From an uncultured delta proteobacterium (lineage in GTDB: Bacteria > Desulfobacterota > Desulfobacteria > Desulfobacterales > B30-G6), in assembly GCA_963823335.1 (NCBI GenBank), contig CAWGLD010000001.1, positions 1,792,001 through 1,856,000 on the forward strand: 64,000 nt of DNA, written 5' to 3'. This document shows, in pieces, positions 28,549 through 39,144 of the stretch. The notes under the pieces are model-generated. The model ran no database searches. It was given only the letters and a program-made list of their open reading frames with translations, and had not been told where the DNA came from. The position numbers and the translations under genes are program-made. Numbering within the stretch: position 1 is the first letter of the stretch; every line of letters starts with the position of its first letter.

Positions 28549-29274
28549 ATGATACGTCAATTTCTGCAAACGGTCTTCATTCTTGTTTATATTGTTCTGG
28601 CAACGATTGTTATGGCCACCGTCGTCATCATCGTCGCTCTTTTCAGCAGGGATGGCAACGCGCCCCATTTGGTGGCCGGGGCGTGGGCGAGATCCATTTT
28701 GTTCGTCAGTGGTATTCGTGTCCATGTGAATGGTCTTGAAAACTTGAACGTCGGCGGCTCCTGTATCCTGATGCCCAACCATCAGAGCAATTTTGACATA
28801 CCGGTCCTGCTGGGGTGTCTGCCTGTCCAGTTCCGGTGGCTGGCAAAGGCCGAGTTGTTCAAAATACCGATATTCGGCCGTGGTATGCGTGGCTGCGGCT
28901 ATATCAGTATCGACAGATCCAACCGTAAGTCAGCGTTCCAGAGTCTGGCTGAGGCCGCAACCAAAATCCGGAACGGGGTATCGGTACTGATTTTCCCGGA
29001 AGGAACCCGGAGTTGGGACGGAAAGATCCTGCCGTTTAAAAAGGGCGGTTTCGTGTTGTCTGTGGATGCGGGCGTTCCCATCGTGCCGATCGTTATTTTC
29101 AATACGTGGTCCATCATGCCCAAAGGCAGGCTGCGAATCCGAACGCGATCGGTCCGAATGGATATCCTGGCACCCATACCCACGTCTACTTACACCCGTG
29201 AAACAAAGGATGACCTCATGGAGTTTGTGAGGAACACCATCTGTAACGCATATGAAGAGAACGGCCACGAATAA
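28549..29274 (+). CDS. plsC: 1-acyl-sn-glycerol-3-phosphate acyltransferase
   Basis: NHQSNFD and FPEGTRS motifs. Confidence 0.92.
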   Translation: MIRQFLQTVFILVYIVLATIVMATVVIIVALFSRDGNAPHLVAGAWARSILFVSGIRVHVNGLENLNVGGSCILMPNHQSNFDIPVLLGCLPVQFRWLAKAELFKIPIFGRGMRGCGYISIDRSNRKSAFQSLAEAATKIRNGVSVLIFPEGTRSWDGKILPFKKGGFVLSVDAGVPIVPIVIFNTWSIMPKGRLRIRTRSVRMDILAPIPTSTYTRETKDDLMEFVRNTICNAYEENGHE

Positions 29275-29277
29275 CAC

Positions 29278-30930
29278 ATGTCATTGAAAATCATACCCCT
29301 GGGAGGGTTGGGCGAAATCGGCCTGAACATGATGGTCTACGAATATGACGATGTCATTTTCATCGTCGATAGCGGATTGATGTTTCCGGAAGACTACATG
29401 CTGGGTGTCGATTATGTGATCCCGGACATGGAATATATCCGTACCAACAAGGCCAGGGTGCACGCCATCGTCCTGACCCATGCCCACGAAGATCACATCG
29501 GGGCACTTCCGTTTCTGCTCAGGGAGGTCCAGGTTCCTGTTTATGCGACTGCCTTCACACTCGGGATCGTCCGCAACAAACTGGAGGAGCATGACATCCT
29601 TGCGACAACGGATCTCTACGAGATTTCACCCCGGGACACGCTCAGAATCGGTCCTTTTGAACTTGAGTTCATCAGGGTTTGCCACAGCGTTGTGGATGGT
29701 GTCGGCCTGGCTGTCAAGACACCCGAGGGAACCATTATCCATACCGGTGATTTCAAGATCGACCATACCGCTCAGGACAGCCTGAAAACGGATGTGGGAC
29801 GCTTTGCCCAATGGGGTGAAACCGGTGTTCTGGCATTGTTGTCCGATTCCACAAACGTGGAAAAGGAAGGCTATACGATTTCGGCAAAACAGATCGGAGA
29901 CTCCCTTTCGCGCCTGGCGGACAACTGTTCCGGACGTATTATTGTGGCCCTGTTCGCATCGAATATTACGCGTATACAAAAGGTGGTGAATATCGCGGTA
30001 GGGCTGGACCGAAAAGTGGTTTTCAATGGCAGGAGCATCGAGTTGAGTGTCCGTATAGCCAAGGAACTGGGTTTTTTGAAAGTTCCCCTTGACATGGAGA
30101 TCGCGGTTGATGCCATCGATGACCTTCCGGACAACGAAATTGTAATGATCATGACCGGAAGCCAGGGTGAGCCCATGTCGGCCCTGGCCAGGATGGCTGC
30201 CGGTACGCATAAACAAATCGCCATCAAGCCGGAAGATACGATTTTACTGTCATCGAAATTCATTCCAGGCAACGAAAAGGCCATTACCAATATTATCAAT
30301 AATCTTTATCGTCGGGGCGCGGATGTTATTTACGAAAAAATATCCGCCATTCACGTATCGGGTCACGCATTTCAGGAAGAACTGAAACTCATGATCAATC
30401 TGGTCAAACCCAGGTTTTTTATCCCCATTCACGGCGAGTTCAGACACCTGATCTTGCACAGCCGCCTGGCGCAACAGGTCGGTATTCCCAAAAAGCGCGT
30501 ACTGGTGGCGCAGAATGGCAATGTTATCGAGTTTGCAAAGTACGGTATCTCCGTCAACGAGAACGTCCCTACGGGAAAGGTGCTTGTGGATGGCAAGGGG
30601 ATCGGGGATGTGGGCCGAAGTGTTCTCAAGGAGAGGCATTCCCTTTCAAAGGAAGGGCTGGTAGTTGTGAACATGGCTTTTGACGAGGATACGGGTATCA
30701 TCGTGTATGGGCCGGAAATCGTATCACGCGGGTTTGTTTTCGAAACAGAGACCGGGCATCTCCTGCGTGATGCCCAATGCGTGGTTCTGGAAATCGTGGA
30801 AGAGATCGGTCCGGAAGTGACCAACCGGATCGACAAGATCCGGCATGAGGTTCGAAGATCATTACGGCAATATTTTTTTTATACCATTGGGCGTCGCCCC
30901 GTCATATTGCCCTTTTTTACGGAAATTTAG
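29278..30930 (+). CDS. rnj: Ribonuclease J
   Basis: PLGGLGEIG, THAHEDHIG, GSQGEP, HVSGH. Confidence 0.96.
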   Translation: MSLKIIPLGGLGEIGLNMMVYEYDDVIFIVDSGLMFPEDYMLGVDYVIPDMEYIRTNKARVHAIVLTHAHEDHIGALPFLLREVQVPVYATAFTLGIVRNKLEEHDILATTDLYEISPRDTLRIGPFELEFIRVCHSVVDGVGLAVKTPEGTIIHTGDFKIDHTAQDSLKTDVGRFAQWGETGVLALLSDSTNVEKEGYTISAKQIGDSLSRLADNCSGRIIVALFASNITRIQKVVNIAVGLDRKVVFNGRSIELSVRIAKELGFLKVPLDMEIAVDAIDDLPDNEIVMIMTGSQGEPMSALARMAAGTHKQIAIKPEDTILLSSKFIPGNEKAITNIINNLYRRGADVIYEKISAIHVSGHAFQEELKLMINLVKPRFFIPIHGEFRHLILHSRLAQQVGIPKKRVLVAQNGNVIEFAKYGISVNENVPTGKVLVDGKGIGDVGRSVLKERHSLSKEGLVVVNMAFDEDTGIIVYGPEIVSRGFVFETETGHLLRDAQCVVLEIVEEIGPEVTNRIDKIRHEVRRSLRQYFFYTIGRRPVILPFFTEI

Positions 30931-31070
30931 CGAAAAGGGGCGTTTTGCAAAAGTCTCAATGGTTCTTCAGTGGTAAGTTTTTATTTTGGGCGGATGAACC
31001 TTTTATCCGTTGGAGCGACAAGGTCGCGTCCTATGAAATCGTGTAACGATTTTATTTTGGGTTGAGAATT

Positions 31071-33218
31071 ATGCGTAAAGAAATCATTGGTATTGTGTTG
31101 TTTTTTCTGGTTGTTTTTACCTTGATCAGCCTCTTGAGCTACAGCCCGAATGACCCCTCTATCAACACTGCCCGGGCCGGTGGTCATATCCACAATCTGT
31201 TCGGGGTATTTGGAGCCCACACGGCAGGGATTCTCATCGGTCTGTTTGGTATCGGCTCGTTCTGGTTTCCGGTGCTGCTGCTGCTCATGAGTATCCATTT
31301 TTTCGGCAAGCAGCCTAACAGAATCGTTGTCTATAAGACACTGGGTGGACTGCTTCTCATCATCACCACCGGTAGTCTGCTGGCACTCCACAATGATTCT
31401 GTGGCGATTTTCGGTGGTCGCTTTTCCAGCGGCGGGGTTGTCGGTATTCCCCTGAAATCGTTTCTGGTCAAATATACCAACCCCACCGGTGGCATCATCA
31501 TCCTATTCCTGGTGTGGCTGATCGGGTTTATTCTGACAACCGGTTTCTCGCTCATTCGTTTTGCCCAGTTTATTCACCGGAAGTGGGGGGGGCTTTTCGA
31601 GCGACTGAAAACCCTGCGGATCAAAATGAAGGAACGCAGGCAAAAAGCCAGGAAGCGCACCAAGCTTGTCAGGGAAAAGAAAATGCAACAAGCACCCGAG
31701 GTCACGATCAAGGCCCCTACGCCCAAGCCCATCAAGAAGGTGGCGGTTCCAAAGCAGGAAGTGTTTGAATTCATGCGATCAGACAAGGGATTTCAGCTGC
31801 CTTCGGTCAATTTCCTGGATGACCCGGATACAGTACCGCTTTCTGCGGACAATGAAAATCTGATAATGCAGTCCAAACTTCTCACCAAGAAACTGGAAGA
31901 TTTCGGTGTACACGGGAGCGTGGTAACAGTCACTCCGGGTCCGGTCATCACGACGTTTGAATATGCGCCCGCCCCAGGTGTTAAAATAAACAAAATTGTC
32001 AATCTGTCCGACGACCTGGCCTTGACACTGAGGGCGACAAGTATCCGGATTGTCGCTCCGATCCCCGGCAAAGCCGTCATCGGGATCGAGATTCCCAATG
32101 CCGAGCGGGAAACGGTTCGCTTCAAAGAGATCGTTGTCGCCAGTGTGTTCGAAAAATCCAAGTCGCCCCTGACGCTCTGTCTGGGAAAAGACATCGTGGG
32201 CAATCCCGTTGTAACCCAGATGAACAAGATGCCTCATCTGTTGATTGCCGGGGCCACCGGAGCGGGCAAGAGCGTTGCGCTGAACACCATGATCAGCGGT
32301 TTTCTCTACAAGTCGTCCCCGGACGACCTGAAACTGATCATGGTGGACCCCAAACGCATCGAGCTCTCCATGTACGACGGTATTCCGCACCTGATTACAC
32401 CGGTGGTGACCAGTGCCAAGAAAGCCACCAATGCCCTGTTCTGGGCGGTGAAGGAAATGGAGCGACGCTACGAGGTTCTGTCCGAGCACAAGACCAGGAA
32501 TGTGGACCAGTACAACCAGAAAATGGCCAAACAGGGACCGGACAAAGACGGTAACGTACCGGAAAAACTTCCCTACATCGTCATCATCATCGACGAGCTG
32601 GCGGATCTAATGATGGTGGCATCCCGGGACGTGGAGGTCGCTCTGACGCGTCTTGCTCAGATGGCCCGGGCTGCGGGCATTCACCTGATCATCGCCACAC
32701 AGCGGCCTTCCGTGGATGTCCTGACCGGTATCATCAAGGCCAATTTTCCCACGCGGCTCACGTTCCAGGTTTCCTCCAAAACGGATTCGCGGACCATCAT
32801 CGACATGAATGGCGCCGAGAGTCTTCTGGGAAACGGGGACATGCTGTTTCTGCCGCCGGGTGCCGCAAAGCTCCAAAGGATCCACGGAGCCTACATATCC
32901 GAGGTCGAAGTTGCCAGGATTACAGAGTTTCTGAGATCCCAACGGCCTCCCGAGTACCTGGAAGATGTGATCCAGGCCCCGGTGGAGGATGCTACCGAAA
33001 ATGGTGACCTGGAATATGACGAAAAATACGATGAAGCGGTTGCACTGGTCACCAGGACGCGTCAGGCTTCGATTTCCATGGTTCAACGGCATCTCAGAAT
33101 CGGCTACAACCGGGCAGCCAGGATCATCGAAACCATGGAGCAGGAGGGTCTGGTGGGTCCTTCGGACGGAGCCAAGGCACGCGAAGTGCTGGTGAGAGGA
33201 TACGAGGACGTTGATTGA
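31071..33218 (+). CDS. ftsK: DNA translocase FtsK
   Basis: 4TM N-terminus, PHLLIAGATGAGKS, IDELADLMM, gamma domain IGYNRAAR. Confidence 0.97.
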   Translation: MRKEIIGIVLFFLVVFTLISLLSYSPNDPSINTARAGGHIHNLFGVFGAHTAGILIGLFGIGSFWFPVLLLLMSIHFFGKQPNRIVVYKTLGGLLLIITTGSLLALHNDSVAIFGGRFSSGGVVGIPLKSFLVKYTNPTGGIIILFLVWLIGFILTTGFSLIRFAQFIHRKWGGLFERLKTLRIKMKERRQKARKRTKLVREKKMQQAPEVTIKAPTPKPIKKVAVPKQEVFEFMRSDKGFQLPSVNFLDDPDTVPLSADNENLIMQSKLLTKKLEDFGVHGSVVTVTPGPVITTFEYAPAPGVKINKIVNLSDDLALTLRATSIRIVAPIPGKAVIGIEIPNAERETVRFKEIVVASVFEKSKSPLTLCLGKDIVGNPVVTQMNKMPHLLIAGATGAGKSVALNTMISGFLYKSSPDDLKLIMVDPKRIELSMYDGIPHLITPVVTSAKKATNALFWAVKEMERRYEVLSEHKTRNVDQYNQKMAKQGPDKDGNVPEKLPYIVIIIDELADLMMVASRDVEVALTRLAQMARAAGIHLIIATQRPSVDVLTGIIKANFPTRLTFQVSSKTDSRTIIDMNGAESLLGNGDMLFLPPGAAKLQRIHGAYISEVEVARITEFLRSQRPPEYLEDVIQAPVEDATENGDLEYDEKYDEAVALVTRTRQASISMVQRHLRIGYNRAARIIETMEQEGLVGPSDGAKAREVLVRGYEDVD

Positions 33219-33843
33219 GGCACAGCGTGAATTGGTTAAGCAGGTCAAAGGTTTTCTGGATACAGCCGAAGGAGAGGCGTTGTATACCATTGCCAGGGAA
33301 GCCGGCAAGCTAGGCCCCTGTCTGGAAATCGGGAGCTACTGTGGCAAGTCAACCATCTGTATCGGCACTGCCTGCAGGGAAATCAACGGCACCCTGTTTG
33401 CCATCGATCACCATACGGGTTCGGAAGAACAGCAGCCCGGCGAAGAATATTTTGACCCTGGCCTGTTCAATTATCAAACGTTCCAGGTAGACACCCTCAC
33501 GACATTCAGAGAGACCCTGAGGCAGGCCGATCTTTTAGACACGGTAGTGCCCCTGGTCTGTCAATCCCACGTGGCAGCCCGACACTGGGAGACGCCCCTC
33601 GCCCTGGTTTTTATCGACGGCGGTCATGCCGTGGAAACCGTGCGTCTTGACTATGACTCATGGGCGAACCACGTCATGCCCGGGGGTTACCTTGTGTTTC
33701 ACGACGTCTTTGCCAACCCGGAAGAAGGCGGCCAGGCTCCTTTTGATATGTATCGGGTTGCGCTTTCCTCAGGCCGCTTCACTGCAGAACCCATGGTCAA
33801 GACCCTCGGAATTCTACGCAGAATAGATGAACTGCAGCCGTGA
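33211..33843 (+). CDS. Class I SAM-dependent methyltransferase (Methyltransf_24-like)
   Basis: LEIGSYCGKS, FIDGGH, GGYLVFHD. Confidence 0.85.
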   Translation: MIEAQRELVKQVKGFLDTAEGEALYTIAREAGKLGPCLEIGSYCGKSTICIGTACREINGTLFAIDHHTGSEEQQPGEEYFDPGLFNYQTFQVDTLTTFRETLRQADLLDTVVPLVCQSHVAARHWETPLALVFIDGGHAVETVRLDYDSWANHVMPGGYLVFHDVFANPEEGGQAPFDMYRVALSSGRFTAEPMVKTLGILRRIDELQP

Positions 33844-33866
33844 GCATATTCCCGGCGTGACTTGCA

Positions 33867-33902
33867 GAAGATTCCTCGTAACCTGCTGCAAGCTCTTTCA
33901 AT
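33867..33902 (-). repeat. Degenerate terminal fragment of family B
   Basis: GAAGATTCCTCGTAACCTGCTGCAAGCTCTTTCAAT vs GAAGATTCCTCGTAGCTTGCTGCGAGGTTCTTCAAT; similar fragments at 21956-21990 and 39097-39129. Confidence 0.55.
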
Positions 33903-34065
33903 CAAAAACCGGTTTTGTGAGGCGCCAAGCTGATTCCGAAATATCTGCTTATCTGATTTATCCGCTTCGATCACGATTGTCTATCCATGGAAAACCTTCG
34001 GCATCTTCTCGAACGGCATTGCCAATCAACAGCCGGGCACCTGTTAAAAATCAAGGAGATTCTCT

Positions 34066-35430
34066 ATGCGTGTTTTAACATCCCCCTGGGAGACGATCAG
34101 TGCTTTGATCGCTGCAGAAAACAGCGTTGAATTGACAACATTTATCGATGCCCTCAGCCCGCATGAGACGGCCCGGGCCATTTCTCGATTGACCGAGGAG
34201 GAACGGCTTAGCCTTTTCAGCCTTCTCAGCCCCGAGGATGCCGCCGATGTGATCGAGGACATCCCGGAAACCCAGGCCGCGGACCTGGTGGAGGATATGC
34301 CATCGGAGCGGGCGGCGGCAATTATGGAAGAATTGACCAGCGATCACCTGGTGGACGTTTTGGGCAAGTTGGATGAGGAAGCAAGCCAGGCAATTCTGGA
34401 AAAAATGGATCGCCAGGATGCCAGGGAGGCACGGATGATGCTGGCGTACGCACAGGACTGCGCCGGCGGGCTCATGATTTCCGAGTTCCTTGTCTATTCG
34501 ATGGACCACACGATCCAGAATGTGCTCGATGACCTGCAGGCCAATCGTAGCACGTACATGGATTATCATGTGCAGTATTTTTATGTCATGGACCGGGAAA
34601 AAAAACTGGTTGGTGTACTGCGCCTGCACGATTTGCTTTTTCCCGACCGGAAGACACGTCTTGCCCAGGTAATGATCTCTAAGCCTCTCAGTGTGTCGGA
34701 CAAGGCCTCTCTCAAGGAGCTCGAGGCCTTTTTCGAGGAGCATCATCTGTTCGGGGTGCCGGTTGTGGACGATGCACGGCGGCTGGTGGGCGTGGTGCTG
34801 CCGGCGGCCATCGAGGAGGCGGTCAATAAGCGCAAGACCAAGACATTTCTGCGTTTGAGCGGTATTGTCGGCGGCGAGGAATTCCGGACCATGCCGCTGA
34901 TATCTCGTTCCGGACGCCGTTTGTCCTGGCTGAGCATGAATATTGTTCTCAATATAATCGCCGCAAGTGTGATTGCCATGTATCAGGACACTCTTGCAGC
35001 AGTCATTACCCTGGCGGTTTTTCTGCCCATGGTCAGCGACATGAGCGGTTGCTCGGGTAACCAGGCTGTGGCTGTTTCCATGCGTGAGCTGTCTCTCGGG
35101 CTGGTCAGACCGGGCGAGCTTCTCTGGGTACTGGCAAAGGAGGCCAAGATCGGCATCATCAACGGCCTGGTACTGGGACTGCTGCTGGGTGGGGTAGCCT
35201 TTTTCTGGAAGGGTAATCCATGGCTCGGCCTCGTGGTGGGCGGTGCCCTGGCAACCAACACACTGGTTTCCGTCATGCTTGGCGGGATGCTGCCGCTCAT
35301 GCTCAAGCGGTTCAAACTGGACCCGGCCCTTGTGTCAGGGCCGTTGCTGACAACTGTCACGGACATGTGCGGCTTCTTTTTTGTTTTGAGTTTCGCCGCG
35401 GCGGTTCTGCCCAAACTCGGTGGTATGTAG
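34066..35430 (+). CDS. mgtE: Magnesium transporter MgtE
   Basis: Acidic N-domain, CBS pair (AGGLM), RLSWL, GNQ, DPA..SGP..TT.TD. Confidence 0.93.
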   Translation: MRVLTSPWETISALIAAENSVELTTFIDALSPHETARAISRLTEEERLSLFSLLSPEDAADVIEDIPETQAADLVEDMPSERAAAIMEELTSDHLVDVLGKLDEEASQAILEKMDRQDAREARMMLAYAQDCAGGLMISEFLVYSMDHTIQNVLDDLQANRSTYMDYHVQYFYVMDREKKLVGVLRLHDLLFPDRKTRLAQVMISKPLSVSDKASLKELEAFFEEHHLFGVPVVDDARRLVGVVLPAAIEEAVNKRKTKTFLRLSGIVGGEEFRTMPLISRSGRRLSWLSMNIVLNIIAASVIAMYQDTLAAVITLAVFLPMVSDMSGCSGNQAVAVSMRELSLGLVRPGELLWVLAKEAKIGIINGLVLGLLLGGVAFFWKGNPWLGLVVGGALATNTLVSVMLGGMLPLMLKRFKLDPALVSGPLLTTVTDMCGFFFVLSFAAAVLPKLGGM

Positions 35431-35437
35431 TGCAGGA

Positions 35438-35512
35438 GTCAAAGGAGACAGCACGTCTCCGTAAGTTCAGGTTCGGAACCGCGTGCCAAGCACGCGGCTT
35501 GTAGAACAATCA
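35438..35512. mobile_element. Family A element, inverted and internally deleted
   Basis: GTCAA joined directly to AGGAGAC...GTAGAACAATCA. Confidence 0.65.
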
Positions 35513-35531
35513 GTCCGGAGGATATCAGAGA

Positions 35532-36722
35532 TCAAGCACTGTCAACTTTTTCTAAGTCCGCCTCAATCTTTACGACAACTAACGTTATGTCATCTTCGGT
35601 CTTTGAGTTATTTTGGAATTGGTTCAAGGCAGCAAAAACCGTTTCTATTATTTCTTGTGCTTTTTTAGTGGCATTTCTACGGATGATCTCGAAAAGGCGG
35701 TTTTTGCCAAAGATCTCTCCATCGGGGTTGTGCGCTTCCCAGACGCCGTCAGTACTTAATACGATGATTTGTCCTTTTGTGAGACCGGTTCTTTCGTTCA
35801 TCTCATACTGGAAATCTTCAAATACACCCAAGGCCATACCAGGGCCTTTCAACTCCGCGAATTTATCTGTAGCCGGATCATAGAAGATGCCTGGATCATG
35901 ACCTGCACGTACCCACTGTAATTTTTGGTTTGCCGTGTCAATGGTCATGAAAAACATTGTCATAAATTGCCCGGAATCCTCAATATCATGAACCAATTGA
36001 AGATTGACATCCGTGATGATTCGTGCGGTGTTTCCAGGAAATGACAAACGCTGCCGTAAAGACGAACGGGCAGTAGCCATAAGTAGTGCAGAGGGAATAC
36101 CATGTCCAGACACATCCCCAATTGCCACGCCAATTTTTTTATTCTTAGAGGCATCTAAAATTATAAAATCGTAATAATCACCACCGGTTTCATCACAGTA
36201 AAGGCTTTTGCCCGCGATGTCCAATCCGTCTATTTTCAGATTGCCTTTTGGTAGAAGATTCTGTTGGACATCCCTGGCCAGATTAAGTGATTGGCGAATC
36301 CTGTCCGATATCTTTAGGATAGTGTCCAGCATTTGAGTGCGCGAGGTAACAATCTGTTTGATTTCTCTTGGAGCATCCTGGGGTAGAACAACCTGCCTTG
36401 CTGTGGGGTCATTATTTTGTAGACGTTGATTGGTCACGAAGATGGATTCAAGAGGTGCAATAATTTTTTTGGTGAGAAAGCTCTTAAGGGTAACCATCAT
36501 GAAAAGAATGATGATTGATATTAGGAATATGATCCTCATGGCATACCAGAAAAGATCGGCAACTCCCTCATAATCTGTCAGCCCCCTGTAGATTAGAGAA
36601 CATACAAGCAATATTACTTCAATGGCCAAAATACGCCAAAAGATGCCTTCTAAAAGAATTCTTTTGACACCATCTTTTCTATTCTTGTGAGACTTCGGCG
36701 GTATGGTTGTATCTTGATCCAT
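35532..36722 (-). CDS. Membrane-anchored PP2C/SpoIIE-family phosphatase
   Basis: Two TM segments, GGDYYD, GDVSGHG, RAGH, TDG, DDIT. Confidence 0.9.
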   Translation of the reverse strand: MDQDTTIPPKSHKNRKDGVKRILLEGIFWRILAIEVILLVCSLIYRGLTDYEGVADLFWYAMRIIFLISIIILFMMVTLKSFLTKKIIAPLESIFVTNQRLQNNDPTARQVVLPQDAPREIKQIVTSRTQMLDTILKISDRIRQSLNLARDVQQNLLPKGNLKIDGLDIAGKSLYCDETGGDYYDFIILDASKNKKIGVAIGDVSGHGIPSALLMATARSSLRQRLSFPGNTARIITDVNLQLVHDIEDSGQFMTMFFMTIDTANQKLQWVRAGHDPGIFYDPATDKFAELKGPGMALGVFEDFQYEMNERTGLTKGQIIVLSTDGVWEAHNPDGEIFGKNRLFEIIRRNATKKAQEIIETVFAALNQFQNNSKTEDDITLVVVKIEADLEKVDSA

Positions 36723-36841
36723 TGTTCCTTTTCTTGGAAGTTGAAAATAGATGTCATATATAAGGTGTTTCTTATAACATATCCTTACACAGGAAAGATA
36801 TGTTTCCGCAATCGTAAAGGTGATATCTTAAAACGTCCGGG

Positions 36842-37555
36842 TCAGGCATTTTTCCTGAAGTAGAGCACCAGACTTTTGCCCATGAGCGGATTGAGAAGCG
36901 GATCGAGAAGACGGGTTAGACGGGGTTTTTTCATGATGTCCCAGGTTAAAAACCGGTGGTATGCCCTGACCAGGGGGTGATGGTCCCGGGTAGGCCCGAC
37001 ACTGCATTTGAGCCACCAGTAGGGACTGTGGAGGCTGTGAGCATAATGGGATCCCCGGTGGGTGAAACCGGCTTTCTCCAGCAGGTTGATGAGCCCTTTC
37101 CGGCGATAAATGCGGATGTGTCCCTGGTTGGCTTTGTGGTATTCATGAGACAACATCCAGCAGATACGTTCCGGCACGTAGCGCGGAACGGAAAGGGCCA
37201 GGTGTCTTCCCGGTTTGAGGATTCTGGCCAGTTCCAGGAGAGCCTGTTTTTCGTCCGGTATGTGTTCCATCACCTCCGAGCAGATAACCAGATCGAAGGC
37301 ATGGCGTTTATAGGGCAGATGACGGATGTCGGCCATGTTCAACTGCCAGGCGCCTCCGCCATGCTCCCCCAGCCGATCGTGAAACTGCAACCGCTTTCTG
37401 GCTTCCATGACATCGTCAATGGCAAGATCCGCCCCGATGACAAAGGCGTCCCTGCAGCGGTAGGCTTCGCAGGTGTGCCGCCCGCTTCCGCAACCGATAT
37501 CGAGAATACGGGAGCCAGGGTCTAATGGGATTCGCTTAAAGTCTATGGTGATCAT
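36842..37555 (-). CDS. Class I SAM-dependent methyltransferase
   Basis: ILDIGCGSGRH, FDLVICSEVMEH, LKPG. Confidence 0.88.
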   Translation of the reverse strand: MITIDFKRIPLDPGSRILDIGCGSGRHTCEAYRCRDAFVIGADLAIDDVMEARKRLQFHDRLGEHGGGAWQLNMADIRHLPYKRHAFDLVICSEVMEHIPDEKQALLELARILKPGRHLALSVPRYVPERICWMLSHEYHKANQGHIRIYRRKGLINLLEKAGFTHRGSHYAHSLHSPYWWLKCSVGPTRDHHPLVRAYHRFLTWDIMKKPRLTRLLDPLLNPLMGKSLVLYFRKNA

Positions 37556-38783
37556 GGATGGCCTCCCGGTAGCATGCCACGGTTTTTTGGGCAGCCCTTT
37601 TCCAGGTAAACTGATTCTGAATGCGCTCGAACCCTTTTTTACCCAGTCGTAACGCATGCTCCGGGTTGTCGAACAGGTCCTGTATAGCCTTGCCCAGGGC
37701 CTGGGAATCAGCGGGAGGTACCAGGACGCCGGCATCTCCCACCACTTCCGGGAGGGCGCCGCCGGTGGTACTGACCACCGGGACACCGCATGCCATGGCT
37801 TCGCCGGCCGGGATTCCGAAACCTTCGTAGAGGGAAGGTATGACGGCGACGGATGCTTTGGCATACTGTCGGACAAATTCGGTATGTCCGATGCGGCCCG
37901 TGAACTTGATGAGATGGCCGATATTGAGCTCCCGAATCTTTTTTTCAATACCGCCGTTTTTCTTGGGGGACCCGATCACCACCAGCTTGAGATTGTATTT
38001 AGGTGAAAGATCGGCAACCGCCTGAAGGAGATAATAGAGCCCTTTCAAGGGGATATCGGCACTGTTGGTGACGATCAGGCGATTTTTTTCCCGTTGGATC
38101 TCGGGCAGCGGGTAAAACTGATCGGTGTTGATGCCATTGGGAATCACGCGAAAGCGCTTCAAAGGGATCTTGAAATCAAGTCCGATGTCGTTTCTGGCCG
38201 AGTTCGATACTGTAATGATGTGGGAAAACGTTCGCGAAACGATTCTCTGCATTCTCAGGAACGAGTGCCAGCGTAGGTATTTCAACTTTTTCCAGTATGC
38301 CCGGACACTACGGATGGCGAGGTCACGGTCCACCGAAATGGGATGATGGATGGTGGCAACGGCGGGGACCCGTCGGTTGATGGCCCAGATGCCGTAAGAG
38401 AGGCTTTGATTGTCATGGACGATGTCATAACGATGAAGCTGCTTTCTCAAATAGTGATATGCGCGGAGACCGAAGGTGAACATCTCCGGAAATCCCATGG
38501 TGGAAACGGAAACCCATTCCAGCAGATTGATGGGGTTGGACAGTTCTTTCAGGGTCGGGATCCGAAAGGGGTCCGAGGGGTTGTACAGATCGAGACACGG
38601 CAGTCTGACCAGGGGGATGTCCGGGTCGGTCAAGGGGTCAGGCGGCCCCGAAAGGATATCCACCCCATGCCCCAGGTCTTTGAGGGCCCTTGAAAGGTTC
38701 TTCAGATAGACACCCTGGCCTCCGCTGTGCGGGTTGCTCCTGTAGCTGATGAGGCAGATGTTTAACGGGTTTGTTGTATTCAT
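37536..38783 (-). CDS. Glycosyltransferase family 4
   Basis: SGGQG, PNGI, PSLYEGFGIPAGEAMACG. Confidence 0.92.
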   Translation of the reverse strand: MNTTNPLNICLISYRSNPHSGGQGVYLKNLSRALKDLGHGVDILSGPPDPLTDPDIPLVRLPCLDLYNPSDPFRIPTLKELSNPINLLEWVSVSTMGFPEMFTFGLRAYHYLRKQLHRYDIVHDNQSLSYGIWAINRRVPAVATIHHPISVDRDLAIRSVRAYWKKLKYLRWHSFLRMQRIVSRTFSHIITVSNSARNDIGLDFKIPLKRFRVIPNGINTDQFYPLPEIQREKNRLIVTNSADIPLKGLYYLLQAVADLSPKYNLKLVVIGSPKKNGGIEKKIRELNIGHLIKFTGRIGHTEFVRQYAKASVAVIPSLYEGFGIPAGEAMACGVPVVSTTGGALPEVVGDAGVLVPPADSQALGKAIQDLFDNPEHALRLGKKGFERIQNQFTWKRAAQKTVACYREAIHDHHRL

Positions 38784-38827
38784 TGTGTTTATTGTGCCTG
38801 TTGGGTTACCTGAGATAGGGGGTGGAT

Positions 38828-38956
38828 TTGATTGTTCTACAAACCGCGTGCTTGGCACGCGGTTCCGAACCTGAACTTACGGAGACGTGCCGTCTCCTTT
38901 GTTTTTCCCCATTTTGGGGGAAATCCAAGCCACCCGTTTCACGGGTGGTAGTTGAC
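38828..38956. mobile_element. Family A element
   Basis: 129 bp, TTGATTGTTCTAC...CCACCCGTTTCACGGGTGGTAGTTGAC. Confidence 0.75.
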
Positions 38957-39144
38957 TACCGTTACCGTATCCATTCCGTCAAGGGATTTTTTATTGTATC
39001 TGATATTTGTCTTGACCAGCTAATTGTCGTTCCATATGTTTATAAAATCGTTGCACGATTTTATCGGAAAGGACGGCGTCGCTATTTTAATCAAAAGAAG
39101 TCCTCGTTGCTTGCTGCGAGGTTCTTCAAACGGATATATAAAGC

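Noticed and set aside
30943-30957. TTTTGCAAAAGTCTC, resembling an IS5-family terminal repeat
   Set aside because: A single 15-mer with no partner end or transposase in the window; too weak to call
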